The notes: generated from the letters alone by a model not told the origin. 13,879 nt of DNA from Fidelibacterota bacterium (GCA_027251445.1 JAPNQO010000011.1:1-13879); one strand, 5' to 3'. Positions 1-8,766 are shown, counted from the stretch's first letter. Numbers and translations: made by a program.

Positions 1-816
1 TCCAAAAATTCCAATTCCACTTTAACCTGATTCTGTATCCCAAAGTGGCGGTAAGCCTATTGCAAAGCCTAACATTAGTGCGAAAGTTCCTGTCAACCCA
101 TATTGATAATCACAAGGTTCTTCTGCATTCAAAAATATATTGTCTGATTCTTCAAAAAATAAATGATTTTGAGTTTCTGGTAAAATTATACCTTGATTAA
201 TTGTCGTATTTGATATTTGTATTGGTCCACCAAGATAGGTATCCAACATATCTATATCAATGAACGTTGAGGGAATATCTTCCGGCGTAGGATCTAAAAA
301 TGGTAATGAAAAGTCCTGGCCGATACCAGCATGAAAAACTATTATATGATCATATAAAGAAAAATCAATACTGTCAGCGTTATATGCAGCTTCAATAGCA
401 TCTCTAAGCAGTTCCGTTATCCTTTCATCATGTATATCATCTTGATTAAATGGATGGTAATAATTCATTTCTTGAGGGAGCATATAGGTTATTTCTTCAT
501 CAAGTGGGAACACCGCTGAGTTGTCTAAATCAATACCGAAATTATTATATGAAACCGATTTATAATAATTAGATACTGCACGTAACTGAGATTCAAAATA
601 TGATCGATTATGAGGAACGGGATCAATAGTATACTTACCACATGTATCAATTGGAGCATTATATAAAAATGAACCGTTTCCTGTAGTTCCAGGGTTATTA
701 TCTTCTATAAATGATACGCGTATTGCAGCAACTCGAACAAAACCTCTCGTGCTATTAATTTGAGAGGATAATGAAATATTAATTAGTGCTATGAGGATTA
801 AAAGTATCCTAATCAT
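1..816 (-). CDS. Secreted M6 (immune inhibitor A-like) metallopeptidase-domain protein, N-terminal part; zinc motif degenerate; interrupted by in-frame TAA at 22-24 (possible pseudogene or sequence error); frame runs off the window edge
   Basis: Signal peptide MIRILLILIALINISLS; M6-type motifs VAAIRVSF, YYKSVSY, DFSLYDHIIVFHAGIGQD, IILPE and GTFA-LMLGF-AIGLPPLWDT (position of HExGH...GLPDLYDT). After TAA the same frame reads SGIGIFG, matching the usual G-x-G-x-F/W-x-L-M continuation. Confidence 0.72.
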
Positions 817-843
817 TAAAAATATATAATTTTTAGAAAAATA

Positions 844-2199
844 TTAGAATTCGATATTTAATGAAAAACGCATAGTATTTGCAAGTGGATGACCTGGTTG
901 ACCTGAAGTATATCCAAAATCAAATCCATATCCTGCAAATCGTAGACCTACACCAAAAGTAGGGTTATTAATTTTACCAATCTTATCGTATAAGTAACCC
1001 ATTCGAAGTGCAAAATAGCTTGAATACCAATATTCTAAGCCAATATTATGAACCAACTTATCAAGTTCGTTCTGAATGGTTCTTTTTTTCCCACTGCCTA
1101 CTTCTTTTTGTCCAAATTCATTGTAAGCACCCCAGGAAGCATCATCTGGTGAAGAGTTTGTAGGAATCATTTCTCCCTCATCAGGATCAATTTCACCATT
1201 TCCATTAATATCATCCCACTGAAATCCACCTATTTGTCTATCTGGATCATTACCTGGAGTAGCCATATCAATATCCCCACCAAGTAGCCAATCATCCACC
1301 CAAGAAGTAAAAATAGCAAAATAAATTGGATCTGTGTGTTCAGTTTCTTGCTGACCTTTTTTATTATAATCTGCGTTCTTATCAGATAAATGACCATCTT
1401 CATCATATCCACCAATATATCCATCACCATCCCAATCCATTGCAGGGTAAGAAGAGACTAGAAGCTTGTCAACATCATAAACAATGTTAAGCTTGTTATA
1501 CTCGCTATTAACAATAGCATAGTTAAAACCTAATGTAAGATTAGTAGGCTGTGGATCTGCTTGAGCAGGATCAATAAAAGAAACTTTTGGACCGATATTT
1601 GTCATCGTTAGACCAAGATTAAGATTTGGATTTAGAAATTCTTTTCTTAAATATCCAATATCAAAACCAAAATCCGTAGAAGTTCCTTTACCCTGTTCAT
1701 TTCCAGCTCCTAATTCTACTAGATGTTGGTATGAAATTTTTGCGTTGATCCCTAAGGATGAATTCTTAGATAATAATGCGCTATATGAAATAGTAGCAGC
1801 CATCATATAACTAGTAAATTTACCTAAATAATCATCGGGTGTTTCTCCCATACGAATTTGTTCACCGAGATTCAAATAAATTACATGTCCACCTAATGTT
1901 CCCAGATATGGAAAATGTTTACGAAAGGCTAAAAATTCATAATAAAGATCATCAGCTAAATTTGGTAACCAATTGACATGCATTAAAGCAAGTTCTGATC
2001 CTTGTAAAAATGCTAAACCTGCAGGATTCCAGTAGCTTGCATATACATCATTCGCAACAGCAACCTGTGCTTCACCCATACCACCTGCACGAGCACCAGG
2101 TGAAATTAATAAAAATACGGCACCAGCCTCACTTTGCGCATTTATTGGCTTTATGATTGTCAAAAGGACAAGTACACGTAAAAACGCTATACGTTTCAT
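844..2199 (-). CDS. PorV/PorQ family outer-membrane beta-barrel (type IX secretion-associated) with large acidic loop insertions
   Basis: Signal peptide, then hallmark FLLISPGARAGGMGEAQVAVANDVYASYWNPAGLAF; NIGPKVSF...DPQPTNLTLG; GLEYWY...ALRMGY; C-terminal Phe (FSLNIEF). GGGAG Shine-Dalgarno just upstream of ATG. Confidence 0.88.
   Translation of the reverse strand: MKRIAFLRVLVLLTIIKPINAQSEAGAVFLLISPGARAGGMGEAQVAVANDVYASYWNPAGLAFLQGSELALMHVNWLPNLADDLYYEFLAFRKHFPYLGTLGGHVIYLNLGEQIRMGETPDDYLGKFTSYMMAATISYSALLSKNSSLGINAKISYQHLVELGAGNEQGKGTSTDFGFDIGYLRKEFLNPNLNLGLTMTNIGPKVSFIDPAQADPQPTNLTLGFNYAIVNSEYNKLNIVYDVDKLLVSSYPAMDWDGDGYIGGYDEDGHLSDKNADYNKKGQQETEHTDPIYFAIFTSWVDDWLLGGDIDMATPGNDPDRQIGGFQWDDINGNGEIDPDEGEMIPTNSSPDDASWGAYNEFGQKEVGSGKKRTIQNELDKLVHNIGLEYWYSSYFALRMGYLYDKIGKINNPTFGVGLRFAGYGFDFGYTSGQPGHPLANTMRFSLNIEF
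1336..1437 (-). repeat. Dispersed in-frame 102-bp/34-aa module, copy A (in porV-like gene)
   Basis: DWDGDGYIGGYDEDGHLSDKNADYNKKGQQETEH; ungapped match to copy B at 5431-5532 (16/34 aa and 68/102 nt identical by hand count). Confidence 0.8.
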
Positions 2200-2205
2200 T
2201 TTTTT

Positions 2206-2231
2206 CTCCCGACTTTAGAAATACTAAAGTC
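2206..2231 (-). promoter_or_regulatory. Ribosome-binding site (GGGAG) of porV-like gene with abutting perfect 8-bp inverted repeat
   Basis: Minus strand reads GACTTTAG-TATTT-CTAAAGTC-GGGAG-AAAAAA-ATG; arms at 2211-2218 and 2224-2231. Confidence 0.55.
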
Positions 2232-2378
2232 ATATTTGTTATTATAAACTATTAACTTTTATAATCGATATGTAAATCCCTTTGACTTTTGTAAATATAT
2301 CTAACTAAATAATAACCAAACAAGGTATAATTTATTATTGTGATATAGCAAACATTATATCAATAATATTTTTCCCAC

Positions 2379-4184
2379 TTATTCTAATAATTTTAATAAC
2401 CCTAATGAAATAATTGGTATATAAGTAATAGCAAGAACTATCAATACACTTAATAAGAAAAAAGGAAGAGTTGCTTTATAAACAGTCGGCATATCTTTCT
2501 CAAATCTATATGCAGAAAGAAAGAGATTCATACCAACAGGTGGTGTTAAATACCCTAATTCTAGATTTGCTATAAAAATTACTGCTAAATGCACTGGATG
2601 TATATCAGGAAATAAGGTTAATAATGGAGTGATTAAAGGAACTATGATAATAATTGCAGAAAAAATATCCATCAAACATCCAACCACAAGTAATAAAATA
2701 TTTAATAAAAGCAAAAATACATATTTTGATGAAATATTCTGCTCAACCCAATCCATTAATAACATTGGTATTTGCGCATCAACCAGATAGCTAGTAAATC
2801 CCATAGCGACACCCAGAATAATTAACACACCACCGATCAATGTTGCACAATCTAAAACTATTCTTGGTAGGTCATTTAATTTTAAATCTTTATATATATA
2901 TACTTCAACAAATAGGATATATACAACCAAAGTAGCTGAAGTTTCGACTAATGTCGTATAGCCACCAAAAACTCCAAATAGTATTAAAAAAGGTATTATT
3001 ACTTCCCAAAAACTATTTTTCAACTCTTTAATTATTTTTTGAATACTAAAAGATTGACGTTCTACATGTTGAGTATATCCTTGAAAAATCGAATATGCAG
3101 CGATAACTAGAGCTATTATTATGCCAGGGATTAGACCTCCAATAAACAGATCTTTTATTGATACTCGAGCTGTTACACCATAAATAATTAAGGGTAAACT
3201 TGGAGGGAATAATAAACCTAGAGATCCTGCAAGAGTAATGAGCCCTAAAGAGAATAGTTCAGAATACCCTTCTTTTTTGAGTAGAGGAAAAAGAAGCCCA
3301 CCAAGTGCAAGTATAGCCACGCCAGAACCGCCTGTCAATGCTGTGAAAAAACCACATAAAAAAACTATTACAATAGGTGTCCCACCAGGAATCCAACCAA
3401 AGGCAGCTCTAAATAAATAAAATATTCTTTCTGAAGATTTACTTTCAGCTAAAATATATCCAGCTAACGTAAATAATGGAATAGTAGGTAATGTTGGAGA
3501 AACAACAATTCTATATGTTTCAGCGGATATAGCAGATATAGGTGTGTAGTCATGCCAAAAGAATAAAACAGCAAGCCCACCAAGACCTATGAAAATTGGT
3601 GTACCATATATCATAGAAAACAAAATAAATGCTACAGAAATCCATAAGAAATAAACACTATCTCTGAACACATCATTATTTCCTATAAAGACAAAAAGTA
3701 TTCCAATAATTAACATTAAAATTCTCAGAGAACTTTCTTTAGAACTTTTTATTAATATTTGAAAACCTATAAGTAAAAAACCAATTGGCATAATTAATTG
3801 AATTACCCATCGGTATATACCAGGAGATATTTGAATAGGGTAATTATATTCGATCATTACTAGGTTAATACTCCCCCAGAATAATGCTCCAATAATTACA
3901 AATGAAATATTTTTAGCTATCCATCGACCATTACTGAATACTGAATCTGGTGAAAATAAAGGATCTCTAGTTAATGATAGCAATTTGTTCTGTCTAGTAG
4001 CTAAGACTGCACCAATAAATCCTATCCATAATGTCATATGTTGAACTAAAATTGGAGAAGCGGGAATTCCTGGACGTCCCATTAGGCGTGTAAAGATTTC
4101 TACTGCAGGGAAAATTGTAAGAATACTAAATACACCAATTGTAAGAAGGTTTTCAGATCGGTTTATATATTCTCTTATTTTCAT
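2379..4184 (-). CDS. TRAP transporter fused small+large permease (DctQ-DctM fusion, TatQM type)
   Basis: 601-aa polytopic membrane protein. N-terminal DctQ-like part (LVQHMTLWIGFIGAVLATR); DctM motifs TIPLFTLAG, FFTALTGGSG, GSLGLLFPPSLPLIIYG, NLELGYLTPPVGMNLF. Directly downstream of dctP and tatT. Confidence 0.93.
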   Translation of the reverse strand: MKIREYINRSENLLTIGVFSILTIFPAVEIFTRLMGRPGIPASPILVQHMTLWIGFIGAVLATRQNKLLSLTRDPLFSPDSVFSNGRWIAKNISFVIIGALFWGSINLVMIEYNYPIQISPGIYRWVIQLIMPIGFLLIGFQILIKSSKESSLRILMLIIGILFVFIGNNDVFRDSVYFLWISVAFILFSMIYGTPIFIGLGGLAVLFFWHDYTPISAISAETYRIVVSPTLPTIPLFTLAGYILAESKSSERIFYLFRAAFGWIPGGTPIVIVFLCGFFTALTGGSGVAILALGGLLFPLLKKEGYSELFSLGLITLAGSLGLLFPPSLPLIIYGVTARVSIKDLFIGGLIPGIIIALVIAAYSIFQGYTQHVERQSFSIQKIIKELKNSFWEVIIPFLILFGVFGGYTTLVETSATLVVYILFVEVYIYKDLKLNDLPRIVLDCATLIGGVLIILGVAMGFTSYLVDAQIPMLLMDWVEQNISSKYVFLLLLNILLLVVGCLMDIFSAIIIIVPLITPLLTLFPDIHPVHLAVIFIANLELGYLTPPVGMNLFLSAYRFEKDMPTVYKATLPFFLLSVLIVLAITYIPIISLGLLKLLE

Positions 4185-4194
4185 TAATTAATTC

Positions 4195-5178
4195 TTATTT
4201 TGGCTTTCTATCCATTATTTCTTGAACAGTATCATATAATTCAACTGGAATATATCCACCTCGAATTTCGTCTGCCCATGAGCTTACAAATTCTTTCCAT
4301 AGTTTTAACTCTTCAGGAGTTTGACGATGTACGTTTAAGCCATATTCTTCCATTGCTGATATTGCTGCTTCTCCACCATCTCGAATAACATCTGTTTTAG
4401 AATCAATAATTTCTTTTGATATTGATATCATTTCTTTTTGGTATTCAGGTTTAATCCTATTCCAAGTTCTAGAATCAATAATTAAAGCTCCAGTTAATAG
4501 ACCCCACTTCATATCTAATAAATAATTAGCTATTCCAAATAATTGTTGCGATAAAGCAAAAATAGGAACTGTAGCCGCAGATTGAATTAAACCTGTTTGC
4601 AAGCCTGGCATTATATCCGTAGAAGCTAATGGGACAGGTTGAAAACCACCTTTTTTCCATAGTTCAGCTGACTTATAACCACCAGCCCATACAAACATTT
4701 TCAATTTCTTTAAATCATCAGGGTAAATGACTGGTTCTGTCGAAAAATGATGTACCCAACCAACATCTGCCCATGTTAATAATTCAAATCCGTTATTATT
4801 CATTCCTTTTCGTATTCTACCATCCATTTGTGATCTCATCCATTCTACATCATCATAATTATCATATACTAAGGGTAAAGCAAATACATATACATCTGGA
4901 TTAATTTCATGTAATCCTTCAGTAGAAACGGCTGCGGCATGAAACTGTCCGAGTCTTATTTTTCTTATCATATCTCTCTCGTCACCTACAATACCTCCTG
5001 GATAAACACGCAGTATAACTTCTCCATTCGTAGCTTTTTTCCATTTTTGTCCCATCTCAATCAGCATACCATGATATACAGTGCCCTCAGGAGCTAAGCT
5101 TGCCATTTTTATTATCACTTTTTTTGCAGATAAATCGCAAATAAATATGGTTAGAAGGATAAAAATTATTTTTTTCAT
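4195..5178 (-). CDS. dctP: TRAP transporter substrate-binding protein DctP (TatP-type)
   Basis: Signal peptide; IKMASLAPEGT, KATNGEVILRVYPGGIVGDERDMIRKIRLGQ, PDDLKKLK, GLQTGLI motifs typical of the DctP family; flanked by tatT and dctQM. Confidence 0.93.
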   Translation of the reverse strand: MKKIIFILLTIFICDLSAKKVIIKMASLAPEGTVYHGMLIEMGQKWKKATNGEVILRVYPGGIVGDERDMIRKIRLGQFHAAAVSTEGLHEINPDVYVFALPLVYDNYDDVEWMRSQMDGRIRKGMNNNGFELLTWADVGWVHHFSTEPVIYPDDLKKLKMFVWAGGYKSAELWKKGGFQPVPLASTDIMPGLQTGLIQSAATVPIFALSQQLFGIANYLLDMKWGLLTGALIIDSRTWNRIKPEYQKEMISISKEIIDSKTDVIRDGGEAAISAMEEYGLNVHRQTPEELKLWKEFVSSWADEIRGGYIPVELYDTVQEIMDRKPK

Positions 5179-6165
5179 TTAATAAAACAACTCCTCTGTT
5201 TTGCCCAGAAGCCACTGAGCTCTTTGTTTTGCCATATAATTACCTAATTCTAAATCTTTTATCTTATTGCCTTTAAATTGAAGTACATGATTAAGCAATT
5301 TAATAAACTCACTTCTATCTTGTTGAAATACCAATACATTTTCTGCATAACTGATGTGAGCGCTTAAATCCATCCCTTTTGATGCTTTCAAAGATAATTT
5401 ATAATAATCTGTTGCAACATTAATACCTACGTATTCACTTTCTCTTACACCTTCAATATTATAATAACCAATGGTCTCAGATTCTGCGCCAAATCTATTG
5501 TACCCACCAATATATCCATTATTATCCCAATCTTTTTCAGGTGTATCTGATAATGTCATAGAATATGTAATCATTGCAGAGTAAAGAGATCCATAATTCC
5601 ATTCTGGATTAACATATATTGCTTTTTCAATTAATTGACCAACTTTCGGTAAATGTATTACCCATTGTGGATTTCCACGACTAGAACTTATTGCACCACC
5701 ATATGCAGCTGCTAACCAATACAAAGCTTCAACATCATCTTGTATAAATTCTATATCGCTATTATTATTTCCTTTTAACCAGATATCAAAAGTTGGGTAT
5801 TTATTTATAAAATATTTTTTTGATAAATCTACTGCTTTTTCAAAATATTTATTTGCTTCACTATATAACTCAACTCCTTTTTGATAATCTTCATCTAAAG
5901 TCTTTTCTGCATTTTCCATAAGAAAACCAAATCCAGTCATCGTTAAAAAAGTAGATTGTTTTAATAATTTATCCGATGATGCTTTTGAAAAATCCTTCCT
6001 TAAAATAGAATCTGATCTTTTTACCATAAATGTTTCAACAGTTTTAGGACTTGTACGTAAAACTGTTGTCGTCGAACAAGATTGGTTAGTAAAAAATAAT
6101 ACAGTGATTAAAAGAAATAGTTTATTTTTTACAGGATAAAATAAATGCGTTCTTTTCGGTATCAG
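5179..6165 (-). CDS. TRAP transporter TatT component (TPR-like lipoprotein); start probably CTG at 6165 rather than ATG at 6027
   Basis: TatT-like motifs ALYWLAAAYGGAIS, YAENVLVFQQDRSEFIKLLNHVL, NYMAKQRAQWLLGKTEELF; stop abuts dctP ATG (TAAATG). Frame is open upstream of 6027 and encodes KNKLFLLITVLFFTNQSC, a lipoprotein-like signal. The exact start is uncertain. Confidence 0.85.
   Translation of the reverse strand: MIPKRTHLFYPVKNKLFLLITVLFFTNQSCSTTTVLRTSPKTVETFMVKRSDSILRKDFSKASSDKLLKQSTFLTMTGFGFLMENAEKTLDEDYQKGVELYSEANKYFEKAVDLSKKYFINKYPTFDIWLKGNNNSDIEFIQDDVEALYWLAAAYGGAISSSRGNPQWVIHLPKVGQLIEKAIYVNPEWNYGSLYSAMITYSMTLSDTPEKDWDNNGYIGGYNRFGAESETIGYYNIEGVRESEYVGINVATDYYKLSLKASKGMDLSAHISYAENVLVFQQDRSEFIKLLNHVLQFKGNKIKDLELGNYMAKQRAQWLLGKTEELFY
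5431..5532 (-). repeat. Dispersed in-frame 102-bp/34-aa module, copy B (in tatT)
   Basis: DWDNNGYIGGYNRFGAESETIGYYNIEGVRESEY; first 33 nt are 28/33 identical to copy A. Confidence 0.8.
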
Positions 6166-6167
6166 AT

Positions 6168-7472
6168 TTAATCTCTCAATTCTGGATATAAAGGAAAAAA
6201 TTTACATAATTCATTTACTTCAGCTTTTACTGAATCAACTTTATGGTCATCATTAGGGTTATTAATCACAATATCAATAAGAGAAACTATTTTCTTCATA
6301 TCATCTTTCCCCATTCCTCTAGTTGTAATAGCTGGGGTTCCTATTCTAATCCCACTCGTAATAAAAGGGCTCTTCTCATCAAAAGGAACCATATTCTTAT
6401 TAACAGCAATTCCAGCTTTCTCTAAGGATTTTTCTGCGACTTTACCAGTAATCCCTTTATTTGTTAAATCTATAAGAACCACATGTGTATCGGTACCGCC
6501 AGAAACCAACTTAAAATCTCTTTTAAGGAATTCATCAGCCATTTCTTTTGCATTAGCAACAATTTGTTGTGCATAAACTTTAAATTCTGGTAATAATGCT
6601 TCTCCAAACGCAACGGCTTTTGCCGCAATAATATGCATCAATGGTCCGCCTTGTACTCCAGGCATAACAGAATTATCTAACAATTCTGATATATTTTTCA
6701 CCCTTCCTGATTTGGGCGCAGTGATATCCCATGGATTTAGATCATCCTTTCCCATCATAATCATTCCTCCTCTTGGTCCTCGCAACGTTTTATGTGTCGT
6801 AGTTGTAATTACATTACAATATGGAACTGGAGAAGGATGAATACCTGCAGCAACCAAGCCAGATGGGTGCGCAATATCTGCCATTAAAAAGGCGCCGACT
6901 TCATCTGCAATTTGTTTGAATTCTGGAAATTCAATAAATCTTGGATATGCAGAGCCTCCACAAATAATCAATTTAGGTTTATGCTCTCGAGCTAACTTAA
7001 GTACTTCATTAAAATTCACTAAACCTGAACCTTTATCAACTTGGTAAAAGATTGAATTATATAGCTTTCCAGAAAAGTTTACTTTACTTCCATGCGTTAA
7101 ATGACCTCCATGTGCAAGATCAAGGCCTAAAATCGTATCTCCAGGGTTAAGATATGTCATTAAAACAGCCATATTTGCTTGTGAACCAGAGTGCGGCTGA
7201 ACATTTGAGTATTTAACTCCAAATAACTTATTAGCTCTATCCTTAGCTATATTTTCTGCTTGATCAACAAATTCACAGCCACCATAATACCGATTCCCTG
7301 GGTAGCCTTCTGCGTATTTATTGGTCATTACACCTCCAGCCATTTCTAAGACTGGATAACTAACAAAGTTTTCTGAAGCGATTAATTCTAAAGTGGTGTC
7401 TTCACGGACTACTTCTTTTAATAGAATATTATATAGTTCAGGATCCGAGGTTTTAAGAGGGGTTTTAGTCAT
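6168..7472 (-). CDS. glyA: Serine hydroxymethyltransferase
   Basis: [59 protein letters not shown] (PLP lysine), [22 protein letters not shown]. Confidence 0.99.
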   Translation of the reverse strand: MTKTPLKTSDPELYNILLKEVVREDTTLELIASENFVSYPVLEMAGGVMTNKYAEGYPGNRYYGGCEFVDQAENIAKDRANKLFGVKYSNVQPHSGSQANMAVLMTYLNPGDTILGLDLAHGGHLTHGSKVNFSGKLYNSIFYQVDKGSGLVNFNEVLKLAREHKPKLIICGGSAYPRFIEFPEFKQIADEVGAFLMADIAHPSGLVAAGIHPSPVPYCNVITTTTHKTLRGPRGGMIMMGKDDLNPWDITAPKSGRVKNISELLDNSVMPGVQGGPLMHIIAAKAVAFGEALLPEFKVYAQQIVANAKEMADEFLKRDFKLVSGGTDTHVVLIDLTNKGITGKVAEKSLEKAGIAVNKNMVPFDEKSPFITSGIRIGTPAITTRGMGKDDMKKIVSLIDIVINNPNDDHKVDSVKAEVNELCKFFPLYPELRD

Positions 7473-7485
7473 GAGGAAACATAGG

Positions 7486-8766
7486 TTACCAACTTGAATC
7501 TTTATCTAATCTTTTTTCAACCCAATTATAGCATTCAGATTCAGGTTTAACGTATCCTTGCTTTTGCTTTTTTGGATCAAGCATAAACCAATGAGTACGG
7601 CCAAATAATACTTCATTCTCTTCCAACCAAAGCAATGAATTGTTGAACCTTCTGTAACCATTTTCTTCTGCTTTCTTAAAACTTTGATGGGCTAAAGAAG
7701 CTATAATCCTATCATCATCAGAAATATCTGCAGATCTACATTCCTGTAAAGCCTTGTAATAGACGTTACCTCGTTGACCGTATGCATCTCCCGATTTAGA
7801 AGAAGTAATTGCTTTCTCTGCCCAACGCATTGCTTTCCCATAATTTCCAGCAGCTATATTCACATCAGAAACTTTAATTGCTACTTTAAAATCGCGGATA
7901 TCTAAGGCATGTAATTTCTCATATGCATTTGATGCATCATTGAAATTCTCGGATCTATCATATGCTAATCCTAGCTGACGATATGCTACTTTGCTTGTTT
8001 CATCTTGTCGAATTACCTGCTTTAATACATCTATCGCATCTTCCGGTCTATCTGCGTTTAATAAACGATCGGCAAAATCTAAACCATATGAAACATTATC
8101 AGGATTATTTCTAAATCTTTCTCCATATATTTGAAGAGGGTCTCTCCCTGTCAGCTCATACACTCTAGCTATATCACCTTGCGCATTCTCATTATTGGGA
8201 TCAATATCTAATATTTGTCTTAAAATGTCGATTTGATCATCGTACAATTCCTGCTCTCCATATAGTTTTGCTAGCTCTGTCTTAACAGTAACATCATCAG
8301 GTATAAGGTCAGATAAACGACTATATTCCATAATCTCCTGATCAAGCTTACCTTGTTTTTTATATGAATACGCTAGACGTTTTCGAAGATTAATATTATC
8401 TGGAAGAAGCTGCAATCCTTTTAAAAGTACATATTCAGAACTATCAAACTTTCCTAAGTACTCAAATGCAATTGCATAATATTGATATACTTCTTCAGGG
8501 TCATCCTGATCACATCTATACTTTACAATATCTCCATAAATTCTAACCGTAGATTCCCAATCTCTATTTTTATAATATTCTGCAGCACTGCTCATTTTTC
8601 GTGGACATAATTTTGTGCGAACTGAATCCCAATATGCTTGTTCTTTTTCATTATCATCAGATGCTGAAGAATCTGGTGGGGGCACACACATCATACTCAA
8701 AACAACTAGAATAAATATTGAAAGAATTTTAAAATTATATTTTATACTTTTATAATAAAGCGTCAT
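7486..8766 (-). CDS. Tetratricopeptide-repeat protein, probable lipoprotein
   Basis: Multiple TPR-like units ([58 protein letters not shown]). ATG at 8766 overlaps the upstream stop (TAATG), so it is preferred over 8796. Basic-hydrophobic-Cys N-terminus ([15 protein letters not shown]). Confidence 0.8.
   Translation of the reverse strand: MTLYYKSIKYNFKILSIFILVVLSMMCVPPPDSSASDDNEKEQAYWDSVRTKLCPRKMSSAAEYYKNRDWESTVRIYGDIVKYRCDQDDPEEVYQYYAIAFEYLGKFDSSEYVLLKGLQLLPDNINLRKRLAYSYKKQGKLDQEIMEYSRLSDLIPDDVTVKTELAKLYGEQELYDDQIDILRQILDIDPNNENAQGDIARVYELTGRDPLQIYGERFRNNPDNVSYGLDFADRLLNADRPEDAIDVLKQVIRQDETSKVAYRQLGLAYDRSENFNDASNAYEKLHALDIRDFKVAIKVSDVNIAAGNYGKAMRWAEKAITSSKSGDAYGQRGNVYYKALQECRSADISDDDRIIASLAHQSFKKAEENGYRRFNNSLLWLEENEVLFGRTHWFMLDPKKQKQGYVKPESECYNWVEKRLDKDSSW

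Noticed and set aside
22..24. Alternative genetic code or programmed recoding as the cause of the in-frame stop
   Set aside because: TAA terminates glyA, dctP, tatT and others at their expected ends; TAA is not a Sec or Pyl codon.
1230..1430. 66-aa minus-strand ORF overlapping the PorV insert region
   Set aside because: Alternate frame inside porV; its Met/Ile/Val richness is the shifted reading of GAT/GGT codons, with no independent evidence.
2232..2310. Possible sigma70 promoter for porV (TATAAT on minus strand at 2241-2246)
   Set aside because: No convincing -35 at 16-18 bp spacing; such hexamers are common in AT-rich DNA.
3238..3420. 60-aa plus-strand ORF
   Set aside because: Antisense shadow of conserved dctM; no recognisable motif.
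4200..4388. 62-aa plus-strand ORF
   Set aside because: Antisense to dctP; no supporting features.
6243..6425. 60-aa plus-strand ORF
   Set aside because: Antisense to glyA; spurious.
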